From Bacillota bacterium (GTDB lineage Bacteria; Bacillota; Sulfobacillia; JACIYH01): DNA of 64,000 nucleotides. Shown here piece after piece: positions 18,246-28,740 of the stretch. A model generated the notes under the pieces. It had not been told where the DNA came from, made no database searches, and worked only from the letters and a program-made list of their open reading frames with translations. Position 1 is the first letter of the stretch, and the number at the start of each line of letters is the position of its first letter. Made by a program: the position numbers and the translations under genes. The stretch lies in the NCBI GenBank assembly GCA_030019365.1, contig JASEFA010000006.1:56393-120392 (forward strand), read 5' to 3'.

Positions 18246-19050
18246 GCTCCCACAGGCGGGCCACACCCCCCAGGTCCGCGGCCCGGGCGGGGAAGACCGG
18301 GCCGTCCTGGCAAACGTGCAGGTACCCCCCGGCTGCCGCCGGCACCGCACATCCCCGGCACACGCCGAAACCGCAGCCCATACGGGCCTCCAGGGATACG
18401 TACAGGGGAACCCCGGCCTCCTCACAAAGGCGGGCCACAGCCACCAGCATCGCGGGCGGGCCGCAGGCAAAGGCGCACCCACCGGGGGCGCCCGCCAGGA
18501 GGTCACGGAGCACGCCGGGCAGGGCGTCGCTCACCGTACCCCGCACGCCCCCGGAACCGTCTTCCGTACAGGTAACCACCTCGGCACCCGCGTCCCGCAG
18601 TTGGGCCGTTGCCAGGAGCAGGGCAGCGGTACGGGCACCCAGCACCACCCGCACCCCCGTCCCGGCGGCCGTGGCCCTCCGCACCACCGGGGGGAAGGGG
18701 GCCACCCCCACGCCTCCCGCCACCAGGAGCAGGGTGCCCCCGCTCACGAGGGGGAATCCGTTCCCGAAGGGCCCGGCCAGGCCCAACCCGTCACCGGGCC
18801 GGAGGCACAGCAGGGCCCGCGTCCCTTCGCCCGCCGCCCGCACCAGAAACGCCACCACCCCGCGCCCGGGGTCGATGTCGAAGAAGCTGAGGGGCCGGGC
18901 CAGGAAGCGAGTGCCGCTCCGTGCCATGGCAAACTGCCCGGGAAGAGCGCGGGCGGCCAGGCCGGGAGCCAGTACCTCGATGCACCCGTGGCCGGGTGCC
19001 ACCTCTGCGCAGGTGAGCACCCGCCCGTCTTCCTCAACCCACTCCTTCAA
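18211..19050 (-). CDS. pyrK: dihydroorotate dehydrogenase electron-transfer subunit
   Basis: FAD/NAD-binding fold plus the C-terminal 2Fe-2S motif CGFGVCRGC. TTG at 19050 is preceded by GGGGGAG. The ORF maximum is 19110. Confidence 0.88.
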   Translation of the reverse strand: MKEWVEEDGRVLTCAEVAPGHGCIEVLAPGLAARALPGQFAMARSGTRFLARPLSFFDIDPGRGVVAFLVRAAGEGTRALLCLRPGDGLGLAGPFGNGFPLVSGGTLLLVAGGVGVAPFPPVVRRATAAGTGVRVVLGARTAALLLATAQLRDAGAEVVTCTEDGSGGVRGTVSDALPGVLRDLLAGAPGGCAFACGPPAMLVAVARLCEEAGVPLYVSLEARMGCGFGVCRGCAVPAAAGGYLHVCQDGPVFPARAADLGGVARLWEHAGDGDGGGCA

Positions 19051-19162
19051 TTCCTCACTCCCCCGCCCGGCGCCCGGGCGTGAGCACCGGTCCTCCCATG
19101 GTCCAGGCAACAGTATTCTTCACTTCCAGGGAATATCCTTGCTCAGCCAGAGTTGGGCGAGG

Positions 19163-22100
19163 CTACCGCCCCCTCCCCCCGCGATCCTGGAGGCAGACGG
19201 GCTCCGCCGGCCCGGGGCGGGAGGCCCAGGCTTCCACCAGGGCCTGCACCGTATCCGGGCAGGTCAGGCAGGGGATGCCCGCCTCGGCGGCGGCCCGGCG
19301 GATGGCAAACCCGTCGCGTTCGGCCCGCCGGCCGGACGAAGGGGTGTTGATGACCAGGTGGACGCCTCCCCCGGTTAGCAGATCCAGGACGTGGGGCCTG
19401 CCCTCGCTGAGCTTGTTCCACGACGATGCCGGGATGCCCCGGGCGGCCAGGAAGTCGGCAGTGCCGCGGGTGGCGTGGAGACAGCACCCCAGCTGGTAAA
19501 GGCGGCGCACGGCGTCCAGGGCGGACTCCTTGTCTTCATCGGCCAGGCTTACCAGTACCCCGGCACCTTCGGGCAGGGCCACCCCGGCGGCGCGGTATGC
19601 TTTCACCAGGGCCGAGGGCAGGTCGGCGCCAAAGGCCATCACCTCGCCGGTGGATTTCATCTCCGGCCCCAGGGTGGTGTCCACCCCCAGGAGCTTGGAC
19701 CAGGAAAACACCGGGGCCTTCACCGCCACCCCTGGGGGGGCCGGGTGGAGGCCGCCACAGTATCCCTGCTCGCGCAGGCTCCGGCCCAGCATGGTCCCGG
19801 TGGCCACCCTTACCAGGGGCACTCCGGTCGCCTTGGTGAGGAAGGGGACGGTACGGCTGGCCCGGGGATTGGCCTCCAGCACCCACACCCGGCCCTCGTG
19901 GACCACGTACTGGACGTTGAGGAGCCCCACCACCCCCAGGGCCAGCGCCAGACGGGTGGTGTAACCCACCACCACCGCCACCTGCTCCGGTGACAGGGAC
20001 TGGGGGGGATAGATGGCGGTGGAATCACCGGAATGGATGCCCGCCCGCTCCAGGTGCTCCATCACCCCGGCCACCAGTACCTCCGCGCCGTCGGAAACGG
20101 CGTCCACCTCCACCTCCCGCCCCAGCAGATAGTGGTCCACCAGCACGGGGGATGCCGGGGAAAGGGCAGTGGCGTGCTCTATGTAGCGCGCCAGGTCCTC
20201 CTCCCCGTACACGATCTCCATGGCCCGCCCGCCCAGCACCCAGGAGGGCCGCACCAGGACCGGGTACCCCACCCGCTGGGCGATGGCCAGGGCCTCCTCC
20301 CGGGAAAGGGCGGTTCCGCCGGGAGGCCGGGGGATACCCAGTTCCCCCACCAGGGAGTCGAAGCGCCGCCGGTCCTCGGCCAGGGCCATGGCGTCCGGGG
20401 ACGTGCCGGGGATGGGCACCCCCGCGCGCGCCAGGGGAGCCGCCAGGTTGATAGCCGTCTGCCCGCCGAACTGGACCAGCACGCCTTCCGGGCGCTCACT
20501 CTCGCAAACGGCCAGCACATCCTCCAGGGCGAGGGGCTCGAAATACAGGCGGTCGGCCATGGAGTAATCGGTGGAAACGGTCTCGGGGTTGCTGTTTACC
20601 ACCACGGCCCGGTAGCCCATCTCCTGCAGGGCCCGCACGGCGTGAACGGTGCAGTAGTCGAACTCGATACCCTGCCCGATGCGGATGGGTCCCGACCCCA
20701 GCACCAGTACCCGCAGGCCGGGAAGGGGTTCGGCTTCGTCCTCGACCGCACCGCCCGGTCCCGTGTAGGTGGAGTAATAGTAGGGCGTGGCCGCCTCGAA
20801 CTCCCCGGCGCAAGTGTCCACCATCTTGAAGGCGGGACGGGCGCCGGCCGCGCAACGCCACTGGCGCACCTCTTCCCCCTCCACACCCGCCAGGCCCGCC
20901 AGGTCGGCGTCGGACAGGCCGGCCGCCTTCAACCGCCTCCACCCCTGTCCGTCCAGGGCCCGCAGGCCCGCCGCCCCCATCCGCCTGACCCCCTCGGCAG
21001 CCGAGACCACCGCGGCCAGGCCGTGCAGGAACCAGGGATCGATGCCCGTGCGCTCCCCGAGATCGCTCACCGGGTGGCCGCGCCGCAACGCCTCCAGGAG
21101 CAAGAACAGCCGGGCGTCGTCGGCCCGCCCCAGGGACTCCAGCAGCCCATCGTCGGCGTCGGGCCGGGCGTGGTCACCGCACCCGCCTGCGCCTTCCAGG
21201 GCGCGCACCGCCTTGCCCAGCGCCTCGGGGAAGGTGCGCCCGATGGCCATCACCTCGCCCGTGGATTTCATCTGGGTGGCCAGTTGACGGTCGGCGGACG
21301 GGAATTTGTCGAAGGGCCAGCGCGGTATCTTCACCACCACGTAGTCCAGGGCGGGCTCGAAGCAGGCGCGCGTATAGCCGGTCACGGGATTGACGATCTC
21401 GTCCAGGCCCAGCCCCAGGGCCAGCTTGGCCGCCACCCGGGCGATGGGGTAGCCGGTGGCCTTCGAGGCCAGGGCCGAGGACCGGCTCACCCGCGGGTTG
21501 ACCTCGATGACGAAGTAGTCGCCGCTCGAGGGGTCGAGGGCGAACTGGATGTTGCAGCCCCCCCTGATCCCCAGGTGCCGGATGATGCGCAGGGCGGCGG
21601 AGCGCAGTAGCTGGTACTCCCGGTCGGAGAGGGTCTGGGTGGGGGCCACCACGATGGAGTCGCCCGTGTGCACCCCCATGGGATCGAAGTTCTCCATGCT
21701 ACACACGGTGATGCAGTTGTCGCGGCCGTCCCGCATCACCTCGTACTCGATTTCCTTCCACCCCAGGAGGCTCCTCTCCACCAGCACCTGGCTGATGGGT
21801 GAAAAGCGCAGGCCCCGCGCCGCCACCTGCCCCAGTTCCCGCGGCCCGCGGACCACGCCCCCGCCCGTGCCTCCCAGGGTGAAGGCAGGGCGTACCACCA
21901 CGGGGTAGCCGATGCGCGCGGCCAACTCCAGCGCCGCCGGCACGGAAGAGGCGGTGCCGCTCGGGGGGACCGGTTCCCCCAGCGCCCCCATGGCCGCGCG
22001 GAACTTCTCCCGGTCTTCCGCCCCCTCGATGGCCTCCAGCGGCGTCCCCAGCAACCCCACTCCGAAGCGGGCGAGCAACCCTGCCCGGTGCAGTTCCACC

Positions 22101-22390
22101 GCCAGGTTGAGACCCACCTGCCCGCCCAGGGTGGCCAGGATGCCGTCCGGCCGCTCCCGCGCCAGGATGGCTGCGGCGGTGTCCACGGTGAGCGGCTCCA
22201 GGTACACGCGGTCGGCCATGTGGCTGTCGGTCATTATGGTGGCGGGGTTGGGGTTGCAGAGGATGACCTCCACCCCTTCCTCGCGCAGAGCCTGGCAGGC
22301 CTGGCTGCCCGCGTAGTCGAACTCGGCCGCCTGCCCGATGACGATGGGTCCCGACCCGATCACCAGCACCCTGGCCGGCTTTCCCCTCAC
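19163..22390 (-). CDS. carB: carbamoyl-phosphate synthase large subunit
   Basis: 1075 aa. VLVIGSGPIVIGQAAEFDYAGSQA, duplicated ATP-grasp halves and a C-terminal MGS-like domain. Confidence 0.97.
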   Translation of the reverse strand: MRGKPARVLVIGSGPIVIGQAAEFDYAGSQACQALREEGVEVILCNPNPATIMTDSHMADRVYLEPLTVDTAAAILARERPDGILATLGGQVGLNLAVELHRAGLLARFGVGLLGTPLEAIEGAEDREKFRAAMGALGEPVPPSGTASSVPAALELAARIGYPVVVRPAFTLGGTGGGVVRGPRELGQVAARGLRFSPISQVLVERSLLGWKEIEYEVMRDGRDNCITVCSMENFDPMGVHTGDSIVVAPTQTLSDREYQLLRSAALRIIRHLGIRGGCNIQFALDPSSGDYFVIEVNPRVSRSSALASKATGYPIARVAAKLALGLGLDEIVNPVTGYTRACFEPALDYVVVKIPRWPFDKFPSADRQLATQMKSTGEVMAIGRTFPEALGKAVRALEGAGGCGDHARPDADDGLLESLGRADDARLFLLLEALRRGHPVSDLGERTGIDPWFLHGLAAVVSAAEGVRRMGAAGLRALDGQGWRRLKAAGLSDADLAGLAGVEGEEVRQWRCAAGARPAFKMVDTCAGEFEAATPYYYSTYTGPGGAVEDEAEPLPGLRVLVLGSGPIRIGQGIEFDYCTVHAVRALQEMGYRAVVVNSNPETVSTDYSMADRLYFEPLALEDVLAVCESERPEGVLVQFGGQTAINLAAPLARAGVPIPGTSPDAMALAEDRRRFDSLVGELGIPRPPGGTALSREEALAIAQRVGYPVLVRPSWVLGGRAMEIVYGEEDLARYIEHATALSPASPVLVDHYLLGREVEVDAVSDGAEVLVAGVMEHLERAGIHSGDSTAIYPPQSLSPEQVAVVVGYTTRLALALGVVGLLNVQYVVHEGRVWVLEANPRASRTVPFLTKATGVPLVRVATGTMLGRSLREQGYCGGLHPAPPGVAVKAPVFSWSKLLGVDTTLGPEMKSTGEVMAFGADLPSALVKAYRAAGVALPEGAGVLVSLADEDKESALDAVRRLYQLGCCLHATRGTADFLAARGIPASSWNKLSEGRPHVLDLLTGGGVHLVINTPSSGRRAERDGFAIRRAAAEAGIPCLTCPDTVQALVEAWASRPGPAEPVCLQDRGGRGR

Positions 22391-22468
22391 CCTCCCGCCC
22401 CCATCCTCTCGCCCCCATCCGCTCCCGCCGGCAGCCCGGCCTATCCTTCCGCTCCTAAAGGCGCACAG

Positions 22469-23761
22469 TTATCCGGCCCTGCGCTCCTCCGCGTGCTCCC
22501 CGCCCCGCCACTTGCCGCCCGTTGCCAGGGCCAGGAAGCGGTCGAAGAGATAGCCGGTATCGCGGGGACCGGGTCCGGCCTCGGGATGGTACTGCACGCT
22601 GAAGGCATCCCGGCCGGCGAATTCCAGGCCCTCCACGGTACCGTCGTTGAGGTTGCGCGCCGTCACCGTCACCCCCGCGGGCAGTCCCTCCTCGGCCACG
22701 GCATAGCCGTGGTTCTGGGAGGTGATGAACACCCGCCCCAGGGAGAGATCGTCCACGGGGTGGTTGGCTCCCCGGTGGCCGTACTTGAGGCGGAAGGTAC
22801 GGGCCCCGGTGGCCAGCGCCATGACCTGGTGTCCCAGGCATATGCCGAAGAGCGGCACTCTTCCCAGGAGGTCCCCGGCGGCGGCGATGGCCTCCCGGGC
22901 ATCCTCCGGGTCACCGGGGCCGTTGGAGAAGAGCACCCCTCGCGGCCCGTAGCCCATAATGTCCGCCGCCGTGGAGGTAGCCGGTACCACCGTGATGCTG
23001 CAGCCCCGCCTGGCCAGGGCCTGCAGGATTCCCGCCTTGACCCCCAGGTCGACCACCACCACCCGGGGCCCCCGGCCGGAGAGGTGGTAGGGCCGGGAGC
23101 AGGTGGCGCGGTAGACGACTCCCCGCAGGGAGACGGCCCGCGCCCTCTCCAGCAGTTCTCTCAACTGCAAGCCGGGGCCGGCGTCATCAACAGCCCCACC
23201 GCCCGTCAGAGGACCGCCCCCGGTGCCACCACCCGCCCCACCGCCCGTCAGAGGACCGGCCCCGGCGGGACCATCCGCACTGGGGAGAACGGCGTGGGAG
23301 GTGATCACGCCCCGCATGGTACCGTGGCGGCGCAGATGACGTACCAGCGCCCGGGTGTCGACGCCCTGCAGCCCCACCACCCCGTGGGAGCGCAGGAAAT
23401 CATCCAGGCTCCAGCACGCCTCGCGGTGACTGGGGGAGAAGCAGGCCTGGTGCACCACCAGCCCGCTCACCAGGGGGCGGGCGGACTGCAGGTCGCCACC
23501 GGACACACCGTAGTTGCCCACCAGGGGGTAGGTGAGGGTGACGATCTGGCCGCAGTACGAGGGATCGGTGAGGATCTCCCCGTATCCGGTCATGCCGGTG
23601 TTGAACACCACTTCGCCGCCCGAGGTGCCACGGCCACCGATAACCTCCCCCGCGTACACGGTGCCATCCTCCAGGACGAGCGCTCCCGTCAACCGGCCGC
23701 CGCCTGTGGCCTCAACTGCGGCAGGACCACCGTGCACCTCCGGGATCGTCGTGCCTGTCAT
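22469..23761 (-). CDS. carA: carbamoyl-phosphate synthase small (glutaminase) subunit
   Basis: VFNTGMTGYGEILTDPSY, GICLGHQ and QYHPEA triad motifs. ATG at 23761 is preceded by GGGGGGA at 6 nt. The ORF track starts at GTG 23794. Confidence 0.95.
   Translation of the reverse strand: MTGTTIPEVHGGPAAVEATGGGRLTGALVLEDGTVYAGEVIGGRGTSGGEVVFNTGMTGYGEILTDPSYCGQIVTLTYPLVGNYGVSGGDLQSARPLVSGLVVHQACFSPSHREACWSLDDFLRSHGVVGLQGVDTRALVRHLRRHGTMRGVITSHAVLPSADGPAGAGPLTGGGAGGGTGGGPLTGGGAVDDAGPGLQLRELLERARAVSLRGVVYRATCSRPYHLSGRGPRVVVVDLGVKAGILQALARRGCSITVVPATSTAADIMGYGPRGVLFSNGPGDPEDAREAIAAAGDLLGRVPLFGICLGHQVMALATGARTFRLKYGHRGANHPVDDLSLGRVFITSQNHGYAVAEEGLPAGVTVTARNLNDGTVEGLEFAGRDAFSVQYHPEAGPGPRDTGYLFDRFLALATGGKWRGGEHAEERRAG
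23193..23265. repeat. 42-bp-period in-frame tandem duplication inside carA
   Basis: GCCCCACCGCCCGTCAGAGGACCG(C/G)CCCCGG occurs at 23193 and 23235. It encodes GPLTGGGA..GPLTGGGA in the linker between the CarA domains. Confidence 0.85.
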
Positions 23762-23777
23762 TGCCCGTCCCCCCACG

Positions 23778-23795
23778 TATGCATACTTATACACT
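23778..23795 (-). promoter_or_regulatory. candidate ArgR operator (ARG box-like palindrome)
   Basis: Minus strand AGTGTATAAGTATGCATA. By my hand count it matches 14 of 18 positions of the high-GC Gram-positive ARG box as I recall it (AHTGCATRWWYATGCAWT). It lies between the -10 element and the carA start. Confidence 0.35.
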
Positions 23796-23802
23796 GCTGC
23801 TC

Positions 23803-23831
23803 ATTATATTCCACAACGGGCGGCCTGGCAA
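23803..23831 (-). promoter_or_regulatory. internal sigma-A promoter upstream of carA
   Basis: Minus strand TTGCCA-N17-TATAAT in the 198-bp pyrC-carA gap. Confidence 0.6.
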
Positions 23832-23959
23832 CCCGTCGCAGCCCCCGGCCGCTGGGACCTGCCGGTCGCGGCGGCACCGCCCTGGCCTCGTTGCCACCCG
23901 GGCGGTACCGGTCGCGCCCGGCGGCGAGGCCGGGCGGCGCGTGCGCCCTGGGCTTGAGA

Positions 23960-25276
23960 TCAGGCCAGCACCCCACCCTCGCGCATGACCACCTGGCCGG
24001 CCACCACGGTGAGGACGGGCCAGCCCCGCAGCTTCCTGCCCGCCAGGGGGGTGTTCTTACCCTTCGAGTAGAACCGGTCCGGGTCCACGCTCTTCTCCAG
24101 CCCGGGGTCGATCACGGTGACGTCGGCGCAGCCGCCCACCCGCAGGCTGCCCGCCTCCAGGCCCAGGATGCGGGCAGGACCCGCCGTCAGCCGCTCCACC
24201 AGGGTGGCCGCCGGGATGATCCCCGTATGCACCAGCTCGGTGAGGAGGAGGGGCAGCGCCGTCTCCAGGCCGGAGATGCCGAAGGCGGCGTAGTTGTACT
24301 CCACCTCCTTGTCGTCCCGGTGGTGGGGGGCATGGTCGGTGGCGATGGCCTCTATGACCCCCTCGGCCAGGGCCCGCCGTAGGGCCTCTACGTCCTCGGC
24401 CGCGCGCAGGGGGGGGTTGACCTTGGTGCTGGTGTCGTAGGCGGTGTCGTGCACCAGCCGGTCGGTGAGGCAGAGGTGGGTGGGGGTAGCCTCGGCGGTT
24501 ACCGGCAGCCCCTCGGTCCGGGCCACGCGCAGGAGGTCTACCGTGCCCCGGGTACTGGCGTGGGCGATGTGGACCTTCCCCCCGGTTAGGCGGGCGAGCA
24601 TGATGTCGCGGGCCACCATGATCTCTTCCGCCACCGCCGGCATCCCGCGCAGCCCCAGCACGGTGGACCAGTAGCCCAGGTGCATGACCGCGTCCCGGGT
24701 GAGCGACGGCTCCTGGCAGTGGTCGATGATGGGCTTAGCGAAGGTGTGCCCGTACTCCAGGGCGCAGCGCATGACCTCGGCGTCCGCGATGGGGTGACCA
24801 TCGTCGGAGAAGGCCACCGCGCCCGCCTCCGCCATGTCGCCCATCTCCGCCAGTTCCTTCCCCTCCAGGCCGCGGGTGACCGCCCCCACCGGGAGCACGT
24901 GCACCACGGCTTTTTCCGCCGCCCGCGCCAGAATCGAATTCACCATAGAGGCATCGTCCACCGGAGGGCGGGTGTTGGCCATGGCCACCACGGTGGTGAA
25001 TCCCCCCGCCGCGGCCGCCCGCGTGCCGGAGGCGATGTCCTCCTTCCACTCCTCGCCCGGCTCGCGGAGGTGGACATGCATGTCGATGAGACCGGGCACC
25101 ACCCAGAGCCCGCGGGCCTCGAACACCCGCGCACCGTCGGCCTCCAGGTCGTGGCCCAGTTGCCTGACCACCCCGTCGCCCAGGAGTACGTCCATCTCCG
25201 CGTCGATCCCCTGGGCGGGGTCGATCACCCGCCCGCCCCGGATGAGCAGGGGTTCGGGCTCACCGCGCAGCTTCAT
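23960..25276 (-). CDS. pyrC: dihydroorotase
   Basis: [14 protein letters not shown] metal-binding motif; 438 aa. ATG at 25276 overlaps the pyrB stop (ATGA). The ORF-track extension to 25642 is spurious. Confidence 0.93.
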   Translation of the reverse strand: MKLRGEPEPLLIRGGRVIDPAQGIDAEMDVLLGDGVVRQLGHDLEADGARVFEARGLWVVPGLIDMHVHLREPGEEWKEDIASGTRAAAAGGFTTVVAMANTRPPVDDASMVNSILARAAEKAVVHVLPVGAVTRGLEGKELAEMGDMAEAGAVAFSDDGHPIADAEVMRCALEYGHTFAKPIIDHCQEPSLTRDAVMHLGYWSTVLGLRGMPAVAEEIMVARDIMLARLTGGKVHIAHASTRGTVDLLRVARTEGLPVTAEATPTHLCLTDRLVHDTAYDTSTKVNPPLRAAEDVEALRRALAEGVIEAIATDHAPHHRDDKEVEYNYAAFGISGLETALPLLLTELVHTGIIPAATLVERLTAGPARILGLEAGSLRVGGCADVTVIDPGLEKSVDPDRFYSKGKNTPLAGRKLRGWPVLTVVAGQVVMREGGVLA

Positions 25277-26202
25277 TTCTCCTCTCCCCCTCCCAGCAAG
25301 AGGTACAGGATGGCCATACGCACGGCCACGCCGTTGGTGACCTGGTCCTCGATGGTGGACTGGGGCGAATCGGCCACCTCGGACGAGATCTCGATGCCCC
25401 GGTTCATGGGTCCCGGGTGCATGAGGAGGGCGTCGGGCTTCGCCAGGTCCAGCCGCTCCCGGGTAATCCCCCACAGGCGGGAATACTCGCGGGCGCTGGG
25501 GAAGAGGCCCCGCTGCTGGCGCTCCAACTGCAGCCGCAGCACCATCACCACGTCGGCGTCCTTTACCGCCTCTTCCACCCGGCTGGTGGCCTCCGCCCCC
25601 ATCTTCTCTATCTCGGGCGGCAGCAGGGTGGCCGGCCCGCACACCACCACGGAGGCGCCCATCTTCTTCAGGCCCCAGATGTTGGAGCGGGCCACCCGCG
25701 AGTGATAGACGTCACCGATGATGGCCACGCGCAAGCCTTCCAGGCGACCCTTTCTCTCCCTCATGGTGAACATATCCAGCAACCCCTGGGTGGGGTGCTC
25801 GTGCATGCCGTCTCCCCCGTTGATGACGGGGACATCCAGCACCCGGGCCAGAAAGTGGCACGACCCCGACACCGGGTGACGCATGATGACGCAGTCGGAC
25901 CCCATCACCCGCAGGGTGCGGGCGGTGTCCTTGAGCGTCTCCCCCTTCTGCACGCTGGAGGTGGCGGTGGCGATGGACACCGTGTCCGCCGACATGTACT
26001 TGGCCGCCAGCTCGAAGGAAGTGCGGGTGCGCGTGCTCGCCTCGTAGAACAGGGTCACCACCGTCTTGCCCCGCAGGGTGGGAACCTTCTTGATGGGGCG
26101 GTAGATGATCTCCTTCATGGAGCCGGCCGTGTCCAGGATCAGCTCCACGTCCTCGCGGGGCATCTCTTCGAGGGCGAGGATGTCCCGGCTCTTCAGCTTC
26201 AC
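25273..26202 (-). CDS. pyrB: aspartate carbamoyltransferase catalytic subunit
   Basis: [21 protein letters not shown] and HPGPMNRG motifs. GTG start with AAGGGGGA Shine-Dalgarno. Confidence 0.95.
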   Translation of the reverse strand: MKLKSRDILALEEMPREDVELILDTAGSMKEIIYRPIKKVPTLRGKTVVTLFYEASTRTRTSFELAAKYMSADTVSIATATSSVQKGETLKDTARTLRVMGSDCVIMRHPVSGSCHFLARVLDVPVINGGDGMHEHPTQGLLDMFTMRERKGRLEGLRVAIIGDVYHSRVARSNIWGLKKMGASVVVCGPATLLPPEIEKMGAEATSRVEEAVKDADVVMVLRLQLERQQRGLFPSAREYSRLWGITRERLDLAKPDALLMHPGPMNRGIEISSEVADSPQSTIEDQVTNGVAVRMAILYLLLGGGEEK

Positions 26203-26225
26203 CCCAAAATCCCCCTTTCCAGCTC

Positions 26226-26296
26226 AAAACCCCCCGGCCGGCCGGCCAGGGGGTTTCCCTCTGCCCTTGCCGGCCTCGCGGTGCCGTCTTAAAGGG
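26226..26296 (-). promoter_or_regulatory. PyrR-binding attenuator 2 (pyrR-pyrB intergenic)
   Basis: Minus strand CCCTTTAAGACGGCACCGCGAGGCCGGCAAGGG is PyrR binding-loop-like. It is followed by the terminator CCCCCTGGCCGG/CCGGCCGGGGGG + TTTT (26226..26256). Confidence 0.8.
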
Positions 26297-26298
26297 CC

Positions 26299-26951
<653 letters not shown>

Positions 26952-26966
26952 CAGGTTGTCCCCTGT

Positions 26967-26995
26967 ACTCTACCACCGCCCCCCACCCCTGTCAA
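26967..26995 (-). promoter_or_regulatory. putative sigma-A promoter of the pyr operon
   Basis: Minus strand TTGACA-N17-TAGAGT with a TGG extension. It overlaps the icd stop codon. Confidence 0.6.
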
Positions 26996-28233
26996 GCACG
27001 TCGATGGCGCCCTCGGGCCTCCTCCGGCATGCCGATCCACTCTGCCACCGCCGCTCCGAATTCCGCCGTGCTCACCGCTCGAGGGCTCTCCGCCGTGCGC
27101 GCCAGGTCAGGAGTCAGGGTACCGCCAGCGATCACCTCCTCCACTCCCGCGTAAACCAGCCGTGCCGCTTCACCCCAGCCCAGGTGCTCGAGCATCATGG
27201 CCCCGGACAGGATGAGGGAAGTGGGATTGGCCCTGCCCTGCCCTGCGTACCTGGGTACGGAGCCGTGGGTGGGTTCGAACACAGCCACCTCGTCCGACAT
27301 GTTGGCGCCCGGCGCCACCCCCAGGCCGCCCACCAGGGCTGCGGCCGCATCCGAAAGGTAGTCGCCGTTCAGGTTGGGGGCCGCAATCACATCGTACTCC
27401 CCCGGCCGGGTGATCAGTTGCTGGAGCATGTTGTCGGCGATGCGATCCCTGATCACCAGCCGCGCACTCGCCGTCTCACCGGGCGTGTCCTCGCGCACCA
27501 CCACTCCGCAAAACTCCTCTTCCGCCAGCTCGTACCCCCACCGGCAGAACGCCCCCTCGGTGTACTTCATGATGTTCCCCTTGTGCACCAGGGTGACGCT
27601 TCTGCGTCCCCGCTCCAGGGTGTACATGATCGCCTTCCTGACCAGCCGCCGCGAGGCTTCGCGGCTGATGGGTTTAATGCCCACGCCAGAATCTTCCCCG
27701 ATCTTCACCCCCAGGCCGTCGGCCAGGAACTCCAGCAGGCGGCGCGCCTCGGGACTGCCGGCCGGCCACTCGATGCCCGCGTAGACGTCCTCGGTGTTCT
27801 CCCGGAATATGACCAGGTCCACCTGTTCGGGCCGCCGCAGGGGCGAAGGCAGCCCCCGGAACCAGCGCACGGGGCGAACGCAGGCGTAGAGGTCCAGGAC
27901 CTGCCGTAACGCCACGTTCACGCTACGGAAGCCACCGCCCACCGGCGTGGTGAGCGGGCCCTTGATGGCCACCCGGCACCGGCGGAAGGCCTCCAGCGTG
28001 GCAGACGGCAGGTACTCTCCCGTCTCCCGCCAGGCGGATTCCCCGGCCTGAAGCGGCCACCACTGGATGCCCCTGGTCCCCCCGTAGGCACGCGCGACCG
28101 CTGCATCCAGCACGGGACGCGTTGCCTCCCATATCTCCGGGCCGATGCCGTCGCCGGCGATGAAGCCCACCACGGGGCGATCGGGCACCACCAGCCTGCC
28201 ATTCTCCCAGCGGCAGAACTCCCCGCGTGGCAT
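26992..28233 (-). CDS. icd: NADP-dependent isocitrate dehydrogenase (E. coli Icd type)
   Basis: IKGPLTTPVGGGFRSVNVALRQVLDLYACVRPVRWF and IFRENTEDVYAGIEW are near-identical to the E. coli Icd blocks, including the regulatory Ser. The ATG lies 3 nt after the upstream stop. Confidence 0.93.
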   Translation of the reverse strand: MPRGEFCRWENGRLVVPDRPVVGFIAGDGIGPEIWEATRPVLDAAVARAYGGTRGIQWWPLQAGESAWRETGEYLPSATLEAFRRCRVAIKGPLTTPVGGGFRSVNVALRQVLDLYACVRPVRWFRGLPSPLRRPEQVDLVIFRENTEDVYAGIEWPAGSPEARRLLEFLADGLGVKIGEDSGVGIKPISREASRRLVRKAIMYTLERGRRSVTLVHKGNIMKYTEGAFCRWGYELAEEEFCGVVVREDTPGETASARLVIRDRIADNMLQQLITRPGEYDVIAAPNLNGDYLSDAAAALVGGLGVAPGANMSDEVAVFEPTHGSVPRYAGQGRANPTSLILSGAMMLEHLGWGEAARLVYAGVEEVIAGGTLTPDLARTAESPRAVSTAEFGAAVAEWIGMPEEARGRHRRA

Positions 28234-28236
28234 ACT

Positions 28237-28740
28237 TCATGCCTCCAGGACGAGGCGGCCGTGGCGCCTGACGTGTTCCACCAGCCCGCCGTCGCGCAGA
28301 ATGGCCAGCATCACCGGTGGAAGCGGGGTCACCCGCAGGTCGAACCCCTGCGTCACATCGGTCACCACACCGCGCTCGAGGTCCAAACGGAGCAGGTCCC
28401 CCGGGGCGATGCGGGAGGTGTCGCAGATCACCACCGGGAGCCCCACGTTGATGGCGTTCCGGAAGAAGATGCGGGCCATCGAGCGGGCCAGCACCGCGCC
28501 CACCCCGGCCAGCTTCATGATGGTGGGGGCGTGCTCGCGGCTGGATCCCAACCCGAAGTTGCGGCCCGCCACCACGAAGTCGCCCGGCCGGAGCCGCGCG
28601 GCGAACTCGGGATCGGCGTCCTCCAGCACGTGTTTGGCCAGTTCGCCCAGCTGGGAACGCAGGTGATAGTACCTGCCCGGTGCAATGTGATCCGTCGAGA
28701 TGTCGTCACCGAACATATGGGCGCGGCCCTCCACGATCAT
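28237..28740 (-). CDS. aconitase-superfamily dehydratase small subunit (LeuD/HacB type)
   Basis: 167 aa. GDDISTDHIAPGRYYHLRS and VVAGRNFGLGSSREHA motifs. The ATG overlaps the large-subunit stop (ATGA). Confidence 0.88.
   Translation of the reverse strand: MIVEGRAHMFGDDISTDHIAPGRYYHLRSQLGELAKHVLEDADPEFAARLRPGDFVVAGRNFGLGSSREHAPTIMKLAGVGAVLARSMARIFFRNAINVGLPVVICDTSRIAPGDLLRLDLERGVVTDVTQGFDLRVTPLPPVMLAILRDGGLVEHVRRHGRLVLEA

Noticed and set aside
23193-23265. Short tandem repeats (carA, pyrF, TetR remnant, the 12960-13016 array) as a possible CRISPR array.
   Set aside because: There are only 2-3 units, with no unique spacers of 25-40 bp, no cas genes, and most lie inside coding sequence.
23840-23959. 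A third PyrR binding loop or terminator between pyrC and carA (GTCCCAGCGGCCG; stem CGCCCGGC/GCCGGGCG).
   Set aside because: There is no CCTTTAA...AAGG frame around the loop, and the hairpin is not followed by a U-tract. A promoter is the better explanation for this gap.
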